From positions 34,185 to 98,184 of the forward strand of contig JAIYAX010000006.1 of assembly GCA_027488815.1 (NCBI GenBank): 64,000 nt of DNA, given 5' to 3'. Shown here one piece after another: positions 1-8,606 of this stretch; positions within the stretch are counted from its first letter, which is position 1, and each line of letters begins with the position of its first letter. The stretch is from Cytophagaceae bacterium. Its GTDB lineage: Bacteria > Bacteroidota > Bacteroidia > Cytophagales > JAIYAX01. Under the pieces are notes generated by a model. It saw only the letters and a list, made by a program, of their open reading frames with translations. It ran no database searches and was not told where the DNA came from. A program made the position numbers and the translations under genes.

Positions 1-90
1 TGGTTTTACAGAATGATGTCAGAGCCTTCTCGTTTGGTGAAGCGATACGCCTATTCCAACACCATTTTTATATACCTGGCTGTAAAAGAG

Positions 91-861
91 CTATTTGCTA
101 AATAGGTTGTATTTGAGAATGCAATAAATAGCCCTGAAGCCATCTCTCCAGCCAATTTTTTTACCTTCTTCATAAGTTCTTCCGTAGTAGGATATCCCCA
201 CTTCATATATTCTGATGCCCGGCACTCTTGACATCTTGGCAGTTACCTCGGGCTCAAATCCAAATCTTTTCTCTTTCAGATCAAGTGACTTTAAAATCTC
301 AGCCCTGAACAATTTGTAACAAGTCTCCATATCAGTCAAGTTGAGATTGGTAAACATATTTGACAGCATCGTGAGGAACTTATTGCCTATGGTATGCCAG
401 AAAAACAATATCCGGTGTGGCCTCCCTCCCATAAATCTTGAGCCATACACTACATCTGCAAAACCATCAATCACTGGCTTGATCAAAATCTCATATTCAT
501 TTGGGTCATATTCAAGATCTGCGTCCTGAATGACGATGTAATCACCTGAACACCTCTTAATGCCTGTGTGCAATGCAGCCCCTTTACCTTTATTTATTTC
601 ATGTTTGAAATAGCTGATATTCAAATCTTTATTCTTTGACTGGTAGTCCAGAATGGCTTCTTCAGTATTGTCTTTTGAGCAGTCATTCACGATAACGATC
701 TCAAGATGCAGCCGCTCCCTCAATCGAATTGACTTTATTTTATCGAGTATGCGATGGATGGTTCGCCCCTCATTATAGGCTGGAATCACGATAGATAAAG
801 TAGGCTCTGGCATAAGCGGGATTCTGGTCGATCTTGCAAACTTACGTTTATTTACCATCAC
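91..861 (-). CDS. Family 2 glycosyltransferase (polyprenyl-phosphate sugar transferase-like, Dpm1/ArnC type)
   Basis: 256-aa ORF with GT-A hallmarks LSIVIPAYNE near the N-terminus and a DADLEYDP (DxD-type) motif. Alternative start at Met17 (813). Confidence 0.8.
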   Translation of the reverse strand: MMVNKRKFARSTRIPLMPEPTLSIVIPAYNEGRTIHRILDKIKSIRLRERLHLEIVIVNDCSKDNTEEAILDYQSKNKDLNISYFKHEINKGKGAALHTGIKRCSGDYIVIQDADLEYDPNEYEILIKPVIDGFADVVYGSRFMGGRPHRILFFWHTIGNKFLTMLSNMFTNLNLTDMETCYKLFRAEILKSLDLKEKRFGFEPEVTAKMSRVPGIRIYEVGISYYGRTYEEGKKIGWRDGFRAIYCILKYNLFSK

Positions 862-1032
862 AGACTTTGGCTATCACAGATGTTACCAGGCACATTCAAC
901 CTGTCATTTGCTTATTCACATTCAGGCTATTCATTTTTTTTACAGTTTTGCAGCGAAATTTTGCCGGGAGGGCAATAAGCGCTCTGAGCTCAACGTTAAC
1001 AGACCGAAACTAACTACTTAAACCAAGCCATC

Positions 1033-2412
1033 GTGGGTATTCGATACTCCAGATTTACCGGGCTAATTCATTATTTGGGAGACCTCAGCCTACTGACGCT
1101 GGCGTTTTTGCTTTCCCTGCTGTTTGAATACTCCTCTTTTTCAGAGATCTTCTTTATCAAAAACCAAATCCTTCTGGTGCTTCTCATCAGTATTTGGTCT
1201 GTTTTGGTATTTTTCCTCAAGATCTATGATATCCCCAGGGTTTCTCTATTAAGGGATGTACTACTCGATCTGATCAAACTAGTGCTTTTGCACATTGCCA
1301 TTGTAACAGCATTGGTAGTGTTGGTTACAGAACTTCAGCATTCCAACCAGTTTTTCCTTAGTTTTTATGTAGTCACTCTTGTTTTAGTCCTGAGCTGGAG
1401 ACTGGGCTTCCTGCTTTTCCTGCAATACTATCGTAAAATTGGTTTCAATTATAGGAATATCATCGTAGTAGGCTATGACGAAGTAAGCCGTGAACTGGTA
1501 AAATATTTTGAGTCGAGGCCAAGTTTTGGCTATCGCTTCAGAGGCTTTTTTGATGATCGCAAGAAGAAACAAGACATAAAAGGCCGACTAGAAGAAATTG
1601 AACATTTTGTGATTCAGGAAGACATTGATGAGATCTATTGCTCCATCAGCCGTCTGAGCCAGCCCCAACTTAACAAGCTTGTTCAAATTGCTGATAACAA
1701 CCTCATTCGCCTAAAACTGATCCCTGATTACCGTGAGTTTGTTTATGACGACATCAAAGTCAATCACTACGGCAGGTTCCCCATCATCACCTTTAGGCAT
1801 GAGCCGCTTAACAACTACATCAATCAGTTACTCAAGAGGGTCTTTGATATTGCCTTTTCGCTGTTTGTAATCATAGTATTTCTTTCCTGGCTGTTTCCGC
1901 TCATTTCCTTGATCATCAAGCTAAATTCACCTGGACCGATATTGTTTTTCCAAAAACGTACAGGCTTATACAACCGCACTTTCTGGTGTTGGAAGTTCAG
2001 AACCATGAAAGTGAATGAGGAAGCCCATACCCGCAAGACTTCTCCCAATGATGAGCGGATCACCCCGGTGGGTAAATTCTTAAGAAAGACCAATTTAGAT
2101 GAGCTCCCCCAGTTCTTCAATGTACTTATGGGCGATATGAGTGTGGTAGGCCCAAGACCCTATATGTTGGTTGAAACTGAATATTTCTCAAAACTAGTGG
2201 AGAAATACATGGTGAGGCATTTGGTGAAGCCGGGAATTACCGGATTATCTCAATCGAGAGGATTACGAGGTCCAACTCCAAACACATTTGTAATGAAGCA
2301 AAGAGTGAAAATGGATATCTTTTATATTGAAAATTGGAGCTTTATTCTTGACCTTAAAATCATCCTAAGGACTTCAGTGAACATGATCAGAGGTGACAGA
2401 AACGCCTTTTAG
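1033..2412 (+). CDS. Polytopic phosphoglycosyl transferase (WbaP/WcaJ-type undecaprenyl-phosphate hexose-1-phosphate transferase)
   Basis: 459 aa with N-terminal hydrophobic helices and a central soluble domain. The C-terminal bacterial sugar-transferase domain carries KFRTM, LDELPQ and VGPRP motifs. GTG start. Confidence 0.85.
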   Translation: MGIRYSRFTGLIHYLGDLSLLTLAFLLSLLFEYSSFSEIFFIKNQILLVLLISIWSVLVFFLKIYDIPRVSLLRDVLLDLIKLVLLHIAIVTALVVLVTELQHSNQFFLSFYVVTLVLVLSWRLGFLLFLQYYRKIGFNYRNIIVVGYDEVSRELVKYFESRPSFGYRFRGFFDDRKKKQDIKGRLEEIEHFVIQEDIDEIYCSISRLSQPQLNKLVQIADNNLIRLKLIPDYREFVYDDIKVNHYGRFPIITFRHEPLNNYINQLLKRVFDIAFSLFVIIVFLSWLFPLISLIIKLNSPGPILFFQKRTGLYNRTFWCWKFRTMKVNEEAHTRKTSPNDERITPVGKFLRKTNLDELPQFFNVLMGDMSVVGPRPYMLVETEYFSKLVEKYMVRHLVKPGITGLSQSRGLRGPTPNTFVMKQRVKMDIFYIENWSFILDLKIILRTSVNMIRGDRNAF

Positions 2413-2449
2413 TAAAATTAGCCTCTGATTTATAATCAGTTACAAATTA

Positions 2450-2480
2450 AAAAAGCTCCCTTGAGGAGCTTTTTTGTTTT
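2450..2480. terminator. Bidirectional rho-independent terminator
   Basis: Stem agctcc (2454-2459) / ggagct (2465-2470) with a 5-nt loop. It is flanked by an A-run upstream and tttttgtttt downstream. It lies between the convergent sugar transferase gene and tRNA-Phe. Confidence 0.6.
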
Positions 2481-2486
2481 AGGTAG

Positions 2487-2559
2487 TGGTGATGGACGGA
2501 ATCGAACCGCCGACACAAGGATTTTCAGTCCTTTGCTCTACCAACTGAGCTACATCACC
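2487..2559 (-). tRNA. tRNA-Phe (anticodon GAA)
   Basis: The reverse complement folds by hand into a 73-nt cloverleaf. Acceptor GGTGATG/CATCACC, D-arm GCTC-AGTTGGTA-GAGC, anticodon arm AAGGA-CTGAAAA-TCCTT, T-arm GGCGG-TTCGATT-CCGTC, discriminator A. CCA is not encoded. Confidence 0.95.
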
Positions 2560-2619
2560 AAAAACGAGGTGCAAATGTATGCCTTAAAAAATATTTTATC
2601 AAAATTACTTTCGGAGTTT

Positions 2620-2627
2620 TACCTTTG
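2620..2627 (+). promoter_or_regulatory. Candidate Bacteroidota -7 promoter box (TAccTTTG)
   Basis: Exact match to the TAnnTTTG consensus, ending 14 nt upstream of the ATG at 2642. No clear -33 TTTG. This implies a very short leader. Confidence 0.3.
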
Positions 2628-2641
2628 AACAAATCAAGCTT

Positions 2642-3976
2642 ATGCAGGCTGCTTCACAATATGTATTTGCGCTTGTGCTCCTTTTAGCCACTTATTTCAT
2701 TTACAAAAGAGCCAAGCAGATCATCTTCAATATTCGTTTGGGGCAGTCTTATGTTCCTGAGGGATCAACCGCCGGGAGATGGAAAAACATGCTTCTGATG
2801 GCTTTTGGCCAAAAAAAGATGTTTCAAAAGCCACTAATTGGTTTGATGCATTTTATCATTTATGCAGGCTTTATCATCATCAATATTGAAGTGCTTGAAA
2901 TTGTATTGGATGGATTGCTGGGAAGCCACCGAATTTTTGCTGCACCCTTGGGACAATTTTACCCTTTGGTAATCAATGTTTTTGAAGGACTTGCCTTGGG
3001 TGTGATAGTGGTTTGTGTGGTGTTTCTCATTCGCAGAAACATCCTTAAAGTCAAACGATTTACGTCTGCTGAGATGACCCGTTGGCCAAGATTAGATGCC
3101 AACATCATTCTGTTTGTAGAAATCGCTTTGATGACGGCCTTTCTTACCATGAATGCCTCAGATAACCTCCTCCAACAAAGATCTGAGGCTTCAGCACATT
3201 ATCTTGCTGTGGGACCTTTCTGGATTAGCAGCATGTTATCTCCTTTGCTCGATGGCCTCAGCACGGGAGCACTTTTGGTGATCGAGCGGTTTGGATGGTG
3301 GTTTCATATAGTTGGCATACTGGCTTTTGCAGTGTATGTGACCTATTCAAAACATCTCCATATCTTCTTGTCATTTCCGAACACCTATTTTAAGAGTGAG
3401 GAGCCGGTAGGCCGTATTGCCAATATGCCCGATGTGACCAGAGAGGTAAATATTATGTTGGGCTTTGCAAGCGACCAGGGAGAAGCGGCACCGGAAGGTA
3501 AAAAGTTCGGAGCTAAAGATGTTACCGACTTAAGCTGGAAAAATCTTTTGGACGCCTACTCCTGCACGGAGTGTGGCCGATGCACCGCAAGTTGCCCGGC
3601 TAATCTCACAGGCAAAAAGCTATCCCCACGTAAAATCATGATGGATACCAGAGATCGGGCGGAAGAGCTTGGAGAATATCGGATGGTAGGTATCAAAGAT
3701 CCCAAAATTGAAGCAAACACTTTGCTTGATCAGTATATCAGTAGAGAAGAAATATTGGCTTGCACCACTTGCAATGCCTGCGTTGAAGCCTGTCCGGTTA
3801 ACATTAATCCTCTGGACATTATCGTTCAGTTGCGCAGATTTAGTGTAATGGAGGAGTCGAGTGCTCCCGGTCAGTGGAATGCCATGTTTGCTAACCTGGA
3901 GAACAATATGGCACCTTGGAAATTTGCACCCAGTGACCGTGCAAACTGGATCGAAAAAGTAAACCCAAACACCTAG
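2642..3976 (+). CDS. Membrane-anchored (Fe-S)-binding oxidoreductase subunit (polytopic domain fused to a 2x[4Fe-4S] ferredoxin domain)
   Basis: 444 aa. The N-terminal roughly 250 aa contain about 5-6 hydrophobic helices with His residues. The C-terminal part carries two CxxCxxCxxxCP motifs (CTECGRCTASCP, CTTCNACVEACP). Confidence 0.75.
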   Translation: MQAASQYVFALVLLLATYFIYKRAKQIIFNIRLGQSYVPEGSTAGRWKNMLLMAFGQKKMFQKPLIGLMHFIIYAGFIIINIEVLEIVLDGLLGSHRIFAAPLGQFYPLVINVFEGLALGVIVVCVVFLIRRNILKVKRFTSAEMTRWPRLDANIILFVEIALMTAFLTMNASDNLLQQRSEASAHYLAVGPFWISSMLSPLLDGLSTGALLVIERFGWWFHIVGILAFAVYVTYSKHLHIFLSFPNTYFKSEEPVGRIANMPDVTREVNIMLGFASDQGEAAPEGKKFGAKDVTDLSWKNLLDAYSCTECGRCTASCPANLTGKKLSPRKIMMDTRDRAEELGEYRMVGIKDPKIEANTLLDQYISREEILACTTCNACVEACPVNINPLDIIVQLRRFSVMEESSAPGQWNAMFANLENNMAPWKFAPSDRANWIEKVNPNT

Positions 3977-3983
3977 TTCCCTC

Positions 3984-4769
3984 ATGGAAAGCATTCACGT
4001 GCCTATCATGGCTGAAGAAGTAGCCAAAGGAAATGCCCCTGAAATCTTGTTTTGGGTGGGTTGTGCCGGATCGTTTGATGAGCGTTACAAATCCGTTACC
4101 GTCGCATTTACACGAATTTTGCACCATGTCGGAATAAAATACGCTGTTCTTGGTCCAGAAGAAAGTTGTACCGGCGACCCGGCCCGCAGAGCAGGAAATG
4201 ACTTTCTTTTTCAAATGCAGGCCATCAGCAATATCCAGTTGCTGAACACTTATCAGGTAAAGAAAATTGTAACCGCTTGCCCGCATTGTTTTAACACCAT
4301 TAAGAATGAGTACCCAGCACTTGGGGGTAAATATGAAGTGATGCATCATAGCACCCTTTTGCAACAACTTATAAATGAAGGGCGGATCAAGCTAAAAGAG
4401 GGTGGGGAGTTCAAAGGGACGAAGATTACTTATCATGACTCTTGTTATTTAGGCAGGGCCAATCAAGTTTATGAAGCACCAAGAGCGGTATTAAAAGCAT
4501 TGGACGCTGAACTGGTTGAAATGAAAAGAAGTAAAGCAAAAGGCCTATGCTGTGGGGCCGGAGGTGCACAGATGTTCAAAGAGGCTGAGTCCGGGGCTAA
4601 AGAAATCAACATTGAACGAACGGAAGAGGCCCTTAGCACAGGAGCCAAAGTGATAGCTGCTGCTTGTCCTTTTTGTCTCACCATGATGACCGACGGAGTA
4701 AAAAATAAGGAAAAAGAAGCCTCTGTAAAAGTGCTTGACCTTGTTGAAATGATTGAAAAGAGCCTATAA
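3984..4769 (+). CDS. CCG-domain (Fe-S)-binding protein, HdrD/GlcF C-terminal-like
   Basis: 261 aa with two cysteine-rich CCG-type repeats. Repeat 1 runs GCAGS ... SCTGD ... ACPHC. Repeat 2 runs DSCYLG ... GLCCGAGG ... ACPFC. The gene starts 8 nt after the preceding one. Confidence 0.75.
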   Translation: MESIHVPIMAEEVAKGNAPEILFWVGCAGSFDERYKSVTVAFTRILHHVGIKYAVLGPEESCTGDPARRAGNDFLFQMQAISNIQLLNTYQVKKIVTACPHCFNTIKNEYPALGGKYEVMHHSTLLQQLINEGRIKLKEGGEFKGTKITYHDSCYLGRANQVYEAPRAVLKALDAELVEMKRSKAKGLCCGAGGAQMFKEAESGAKEINIERTEEALSTGAKVIAAACPFCLTMMTDGVKNKEKEASVKVLDLVEMIEKSL

Positions 4770-5263
4770 TGAAACTTTTTGAGGGATTTGACCCTAGTTC
4801 TCAGGTCTGGATTTTCTCAGCGATAAGACCATTGAGTCTCATCGAACAAGGCACTCTAGCTAAAAAAATGCAGATCTTTCTCGAGGGTTGGAGCAGTCAC
4901 GGTCAGGCCTTAAAAACAAGCTATGTGCTGCTGCAAAATCAAATCCTGCTGGTAGCAGCAGATCAGAGTCAAGGCCAGGCCAGCGGTTGTGCGATTGATA
5001 AGCTTATAGCGGTCATCCATGACCTTGAGAACGAATTGCCCTTGAATTGGACAGATCGATCTAAAATTGTTCTTCAAGTTGAAGGAATTGTCACGCTCAC
5101 CAATTCTTCAGATTTGAAATCAGGCCAGTTTAACCTGAAACCTGAAGCCACACTGGTTTACAACACGGCAGCATATTCTGTTAATCAGGTTCAAAACGAC
5201 TTTTTAGTGCCTGCCCTGGGTAGCTGGCTGAGGCGATTTATGGTCTCAAACACAGCGACATAA
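4769..5263 (+). CDS. Hypothetical protein, translationally coupled to the Fe-S pair
   Basis: 164-aa ORF whose ATG overlaps the upstream stop (TAATG). I recognise no motif. It has a single Cys in the context QASGCAIDK. Confidence 0.5.
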   Translation: MKLFEGFDPSSQVWIFSAIRPLSLIEQGTLAKKMQIFLEGWSSHGQALKTSYVLLQNQILLVAADQSQGQASGCAIDKLIAVIHDLENELPLNWTDRSKIVLQVEGIVTLTNSSDLKSGQFNLKPEATLVYNTAAYSVNQVQNDFLVPALGSWLRRFMVSNTAT

Positions 5264-5381
5264 AACCAAAGGAAGTTTTTAAAGGCATGTGAAACACCCA
5301 ATTTCTTTTGGTTTGTTGAAATTGTTGCTAATTTTAAACCCTGTTTTGTAACGAACATTCAAGATCATTGTCTTCCTCAGC

Positions 5382-7319
5382 ATGAAAAGATTAAGTATTC
5401 TGGTTCTCATTTTTGGAGCTATTTTGTTTGCAGGCTGTAATTCAGCAAAAAGAGCAGCTAAGCAAGGAGAAAAAAGATTTATCAATGGTGAATACGAGTT
5501 TGCCATTGAAAGATACACCGCCGCATTGCAAAAAGGGACTAAAAAGCCTGATGTTGCTAATTTTAAAATAGCAGAAGCCTACCGCCTGTCGAACAGGATC
5601 AAAATGGCTGAGCCTTTTTATGCAAAAGCTTTGGAGCTGGGTACACTCGAAGAGAACGCCCATTTCTATCAAATTTTTGCACTGAAAGCTAATGGCAAAT
5701 ACCCTGAGGCTAAGGACCAGATCATGAAGTATGGCCCCAACAAAAACTTCAAGAACACCATGTATAAATCGTGGGCGAAAGATGAACTGGATAATCTTGC
5801 TGAACTCGATAGTATTATCGCAAAGCAAAATTACTATCAGCTAACCAATGTAGATTTCATCAATACCCCAGGAGCAGAATATGGCCCTATTTCTTATGAA
5901 GGTGATCAATTGGTCTTCACATCTGCACGTGCCCAAGGCCCTATTTACGCAGCAAACGGTCAGGGTTTCACGGATCTCTACAAAATAAAATTCGATGATG
6001 AGACAAGGAAATCAGGATCCGTAACCATGTTCCTTGAGAAGTACAATATTCCCAATGTACATGAGGGAGCCATTACTATTTCTCCTGATGGAAAGATGAT
6101 TGTTTTTGCAAGAGGGAACGATGGAAGTAAAAAAGGTGCGACTGAAGTTAACCTATTTTATTCTGTGTTTAGCAAAGGTGACTGGACAGAGCCTCAGATG
6201 CTGCCCATTTCTGACCAAAGAGCATGGGACTCTTCCCCTGCCTTCAGTAACGATGGAAAGTCTCTGTATTTTGCTTCAAACCGTGAAGGTGGCCGTGGTG
6301 GTATAGATCTCTGGAGAGCTACTGTAGATAAAAACGGAAGATTTAAAAGCCCGAAAAACATGGGCAAGGTTATCAACACCAAAGGTGATGAGATGTTCCC
6401 TTACGTTTCCGATGATGGGAAACTCTATTTCTCATCTGACGGGCACCCTGGACTTGGTGGTCTTGACTTGTTTGCTGCAACTTCAAAAGGTGGTGAAGTT
6501 AAAATCGAAAATCTAGGTGTTCCCATGAACTCAACTTCGGATGATTTCGGAATCGTTTTCATCAATGAGTTCTCCGGGTACGTATCTTCCAATCGTGAAG
6601 GTGGCAAAGGAGACGATGATATCTACTTCTTCGAAAACAAGATACCAAACCGCAAAACAGCTACTTACAGCGTAAAAGCAACCACTGTTAGAGGAGATAA
6701 TGAAGAGATTTTAAGTGGTGTAAACATTAAGGTAGCAGACAACAACAACAAGATGGTTGCAGAGGTTGTAACCGGTGAAGATGGTGAATTTACTTTCCCA
6801 GTAGAAATTGGAAAGAACTACGTAATCACTGCAGAGAAGGAGAAATTCTTTACCAAGCGTGATCTCTATACCACTGCAGGTAAGGCCAAGGCTCAGGAAG
6901 ATCTGCCTGAAATGGTCAACAAAATTGTTCTTGACTATGTAGTTGCACTTGATGAAATCGTAGAAAACAAGGCCATTGTGCTTGACAACATTTACTATGA
7001 CCTTAATAAGTCAGACATCAGAGAAGATGCAGCTCTTGAGCTTGATAAACTGGTAACTCTTCTTCAAGACAATCCCGGAATTTCCATTGAGCTTAGCTCC
7101 CATACTGATAACCGTGGAGATGATAAGTACAATCAGATCCTTTCACAAAAAAGAGCAGAGGCAGCAGTGGCCTACTTGATCACCAACGGTATTGATCAGG
7201 CAAGGGTAACTGCGAAAGGCTACGGCGAGACTCGTCCGATCATGGAAAATGCCGAAGCGGAAGAAGACCATCAGAAAAATCGTCGTACCGAGTTTAAGGT
7301 AACCGAGTACAAAAAGTAA
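5382..7319 (+). CDS. OmpA-family lipoprotein with TPR, TolB-like beta-propeller and peptidoglycan-binding OmpA_C domains
   Basis: 645 aa with lipobox LFAGC. PD40/WD40-like repeats (SPDGKMIVFA, SNDGKSLYFASNR, SDDGKLYFSSD). The C-terminal OmpA-like region includes LSSHTDNRG, NQILSQKRAEA and NRRTEF. Confidence 0.85.
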   Translation: MKRLSILVLIFGAILFAGCNSAKRAAKQGEKRFINGEYEFAIERYTAALQKGTKKPDVANFKIAEAYRLSNRIKMAEPFYAKALELGTLEENAHFYQIFALKANGKYPEAKDQIMKYGPNKNFKNTMYKSWAKDELDNLAELDSIIAKQNYYQLTNVDFINTPGAEYGPISYEGDQLVFTSARAQGPIYAANGQGFTDLYKIKFDDETRKSGSVTMFLEKYNIPNVHEGAITISPDGKMIVFARGNDGSKKGATEVNLFYSVFSKGDWTEPQMLPISDQRAWDSSPAFSNDGKSLYFASNREGGRGGIDLWRATVDKNGRFKSPKNMGKVINTKGDEMFPYVSDDGKLYFSSDGHPGLGGLDLFAATSKGGEVKIENLGVPMNSTSDDFGIVFINEFSGYVSSNREGGKGDDDIYFFENKIPNRKTATYSVKATTVRGDNEEILSGVNIKVADNNNKMVAEVVTGEDGEFTFPVEIGKNYVITAEKEKFFTKRDLYTTAGKAKAQEDLPEMVNKIVLDYVVALDEIVENKAIVLDNIYYDLNKSDIREDAALELDKLVTLLQDNPGISIELSSHTDNRGDDKYNQILSQKRAEAAVAYLITNGIDQARVTAKGYGETRPIMENAEAEEDHQKNRRTEFKVTEYKK

Positions 7320-7334
7320 TTCGTTTCAATTATT

Positions 7335-7370
7335 AAAAAAGTCCTGCCTGAAAAGCAGGACTTTTTTATT
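7335..7370 (+). terminator. Rho-independent terminator
   Basis: Stem gtcctgc (7341-7347) / gcaggac (7355-7361), 7-nt loop, then a T6 run. An A-run lies upstream. Confidence 0.7.
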
Positions 7371-7381
7371 TTAGCCCTACT

Positions 7382-8554
7382 ATGGAAGAGCGCTATACAG
7401 CAAGGGGAGTCTCAGCGAGCAAGGAGGATGTACATCAAGCGATTAAGAGTATAGACAAAGGCTTGTTTCCCAAAGCTTTTTGTAAGGTAGTGCCAGATCT
7501 GCTCTCAGGAGACCCTGATTATTGCTTGGCCATGCATGCAGATGGCGCCGGAACCAAATCTTCCCTGGCTTATGCATATTGGAAAGAAACAGGTGATTTG
7601 AGCGTCTGGAAAGGCATTGCTCAGGATGCAGTGGTGATGAATTTGGACGATCTGCTTTGTATTGGGGCCGGAAATCAACCCATAATGCTCTCATCAACCA
7701 TAGGTCGTAATAGAAGACTGATACCAGGCGAAGTTATAGCTGCCCTGATCAATGGAACGGAAGAGTTACTTGAAGAGCTGCGAAACCTAGGAGTTCCTAT
7801 TTATAGCACAGGTGGTGAAACGGCTGATGTTGGTGATCTGGTTCGAACAATCATTGTTGATAGCACAGTCATCACACGATTAAAAAGATCAGAGGTCATT
7901 GACAACGCTCATATAGCTCCAGGCCAGGTAATAGTAGGGCTTGCTTCGTACGGTAAAGCAAGCTATGAACTTGAATACAATGGTGGAATGGGTTCTAATG
8001 GACTTACCTCTGCACGGCATGATGTGTTTTCACACTATTTAGCCGAACTCTATCCGGAGACTTTTGACTCCGGGATTGACTCAAACTTGGTATACTCCGG
8101 TAGCTATAAGCTCACCGATGCATTTGAAGAGGAAAAAACTTCAGTTGGCAAGCTTGTCCTTTCACCCACACGCACTTACGCACCTATTTTGATCAAGGTG
8201 TTGAAACAATTCCGTAATCAAATAAAAGGGATGGTTCACTGTAGTGGAGGGGGACAGACCAAAGTATTGCACTTTCTTACAAATGGGCATGTGATTAAAG
8301 ACCAGTTATTTGAAGTCCCGCCATTGTTTAAAATGATACAGGAAGAAAGCAAGAGCAGTTACGAAGAAATGTACAAAGTCTTTAATATGGGACATAGGAT
8401 GGAGATTTACACTGATGAAAAAACAGCTGAAGAGATCATTACTATCGCAACTGAATTTCATGTACAGGCTAAAATCGTTGGTAGAGTAGAACGGTCAGAA
8501 ATACCTTCTGTCACTTTGAATTCTCCTTATGGTGAATTTAAATACAAAAAATAA
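7382..8554 (+). CDS. purM: AIR synthase family protein (phosphoribosylformylglycinamidine cyclo-ligase, long Bacteroidota form)
   Basis: 390 aa. N-terminus RYTARGVSASKEDVHQAIKSIDKGLFPKAFCKV followed by HADGAGTKS. The PurM-like N and C domains have typical size. Confidence 0.65.
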   Translation: MEERYTARGVSASKEDVHQAIKSIDKGLFPKAFCKVVPDLLSGDPDYCLAMHADGAGTKSSLAYAYWKETGDLSVWKGIAQDAVVMNLDDLLCIGAGNQPIMLSSTIGRNRRLIPGEVIAALINGTEELLEELRNLGVPIYSTGGETADVGDLVRTIIVDSTVITRLKRSEVIDNAHIAPGQVIVGLASYGKASYELEYNGGMGSNGLTSARHDVFSHYLAELYPETFDSGIDSNLVYSGSYKLTDAFEEEKTSVGKLVLSPTRTYAPILIKVLKQFRNQIKGMVHCSGGGQTKVLHFLTNGHVIKDQLFEVPPLFKMIQEESKSSYEEMYKVFNMGHRMEIYTDEKTAEEIITIATEFHVQAKIVGRVERSEIPSVTLNSPYGEFKYKK

Positions 8555-8577
8555 GAGCGGACAATTAAGGTCCGCTC
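8555..8577. terminator. Bidirectional terminator between convergent purM and atpG
   Basis: Stem gagcggac (8555-8562) / gtccgctc (8570-8577) with a 7-nt loop. An A-rich run lies upstream, giving a T-run on the minus strand. ctgattttattt follows downstream. Confidence 0.6.
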
Positions 8578-8606
8578 CTGATTTTATTTAAGCCTCGAGC
8601 AATTTA

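Noticed and set aside
1-105. Open plus-strand frame running from the window edge to a TAG at 103-105 (..SNTIFIYLAVKELFAK*), possibly the 3' end of an upstream gene converging on the GT2 gene
   Set aside because: Only 34 codons are visible, with no motif. It cannot be distinguished from a chance open frame.
934-941. T8 run in the divergent GT2/WcaJ-like intergenic region, considered as a promoter-spacing phase-variation tract
   Set aside because: I could not place convincing -33 and -7 elements around it, and T8 is unremarkable in an AT-rich spacer.
5263-5324. Long-range complementarity aaaccaaa (5263-5270) / tttggttt (5317-5324) after the 164-aa gene, considered as a terminator
   Set aside because: The stem is AT-rich, only 8 bp, and encloses a loop of about 46 nt. 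It is not a credible intrinsic terminator.
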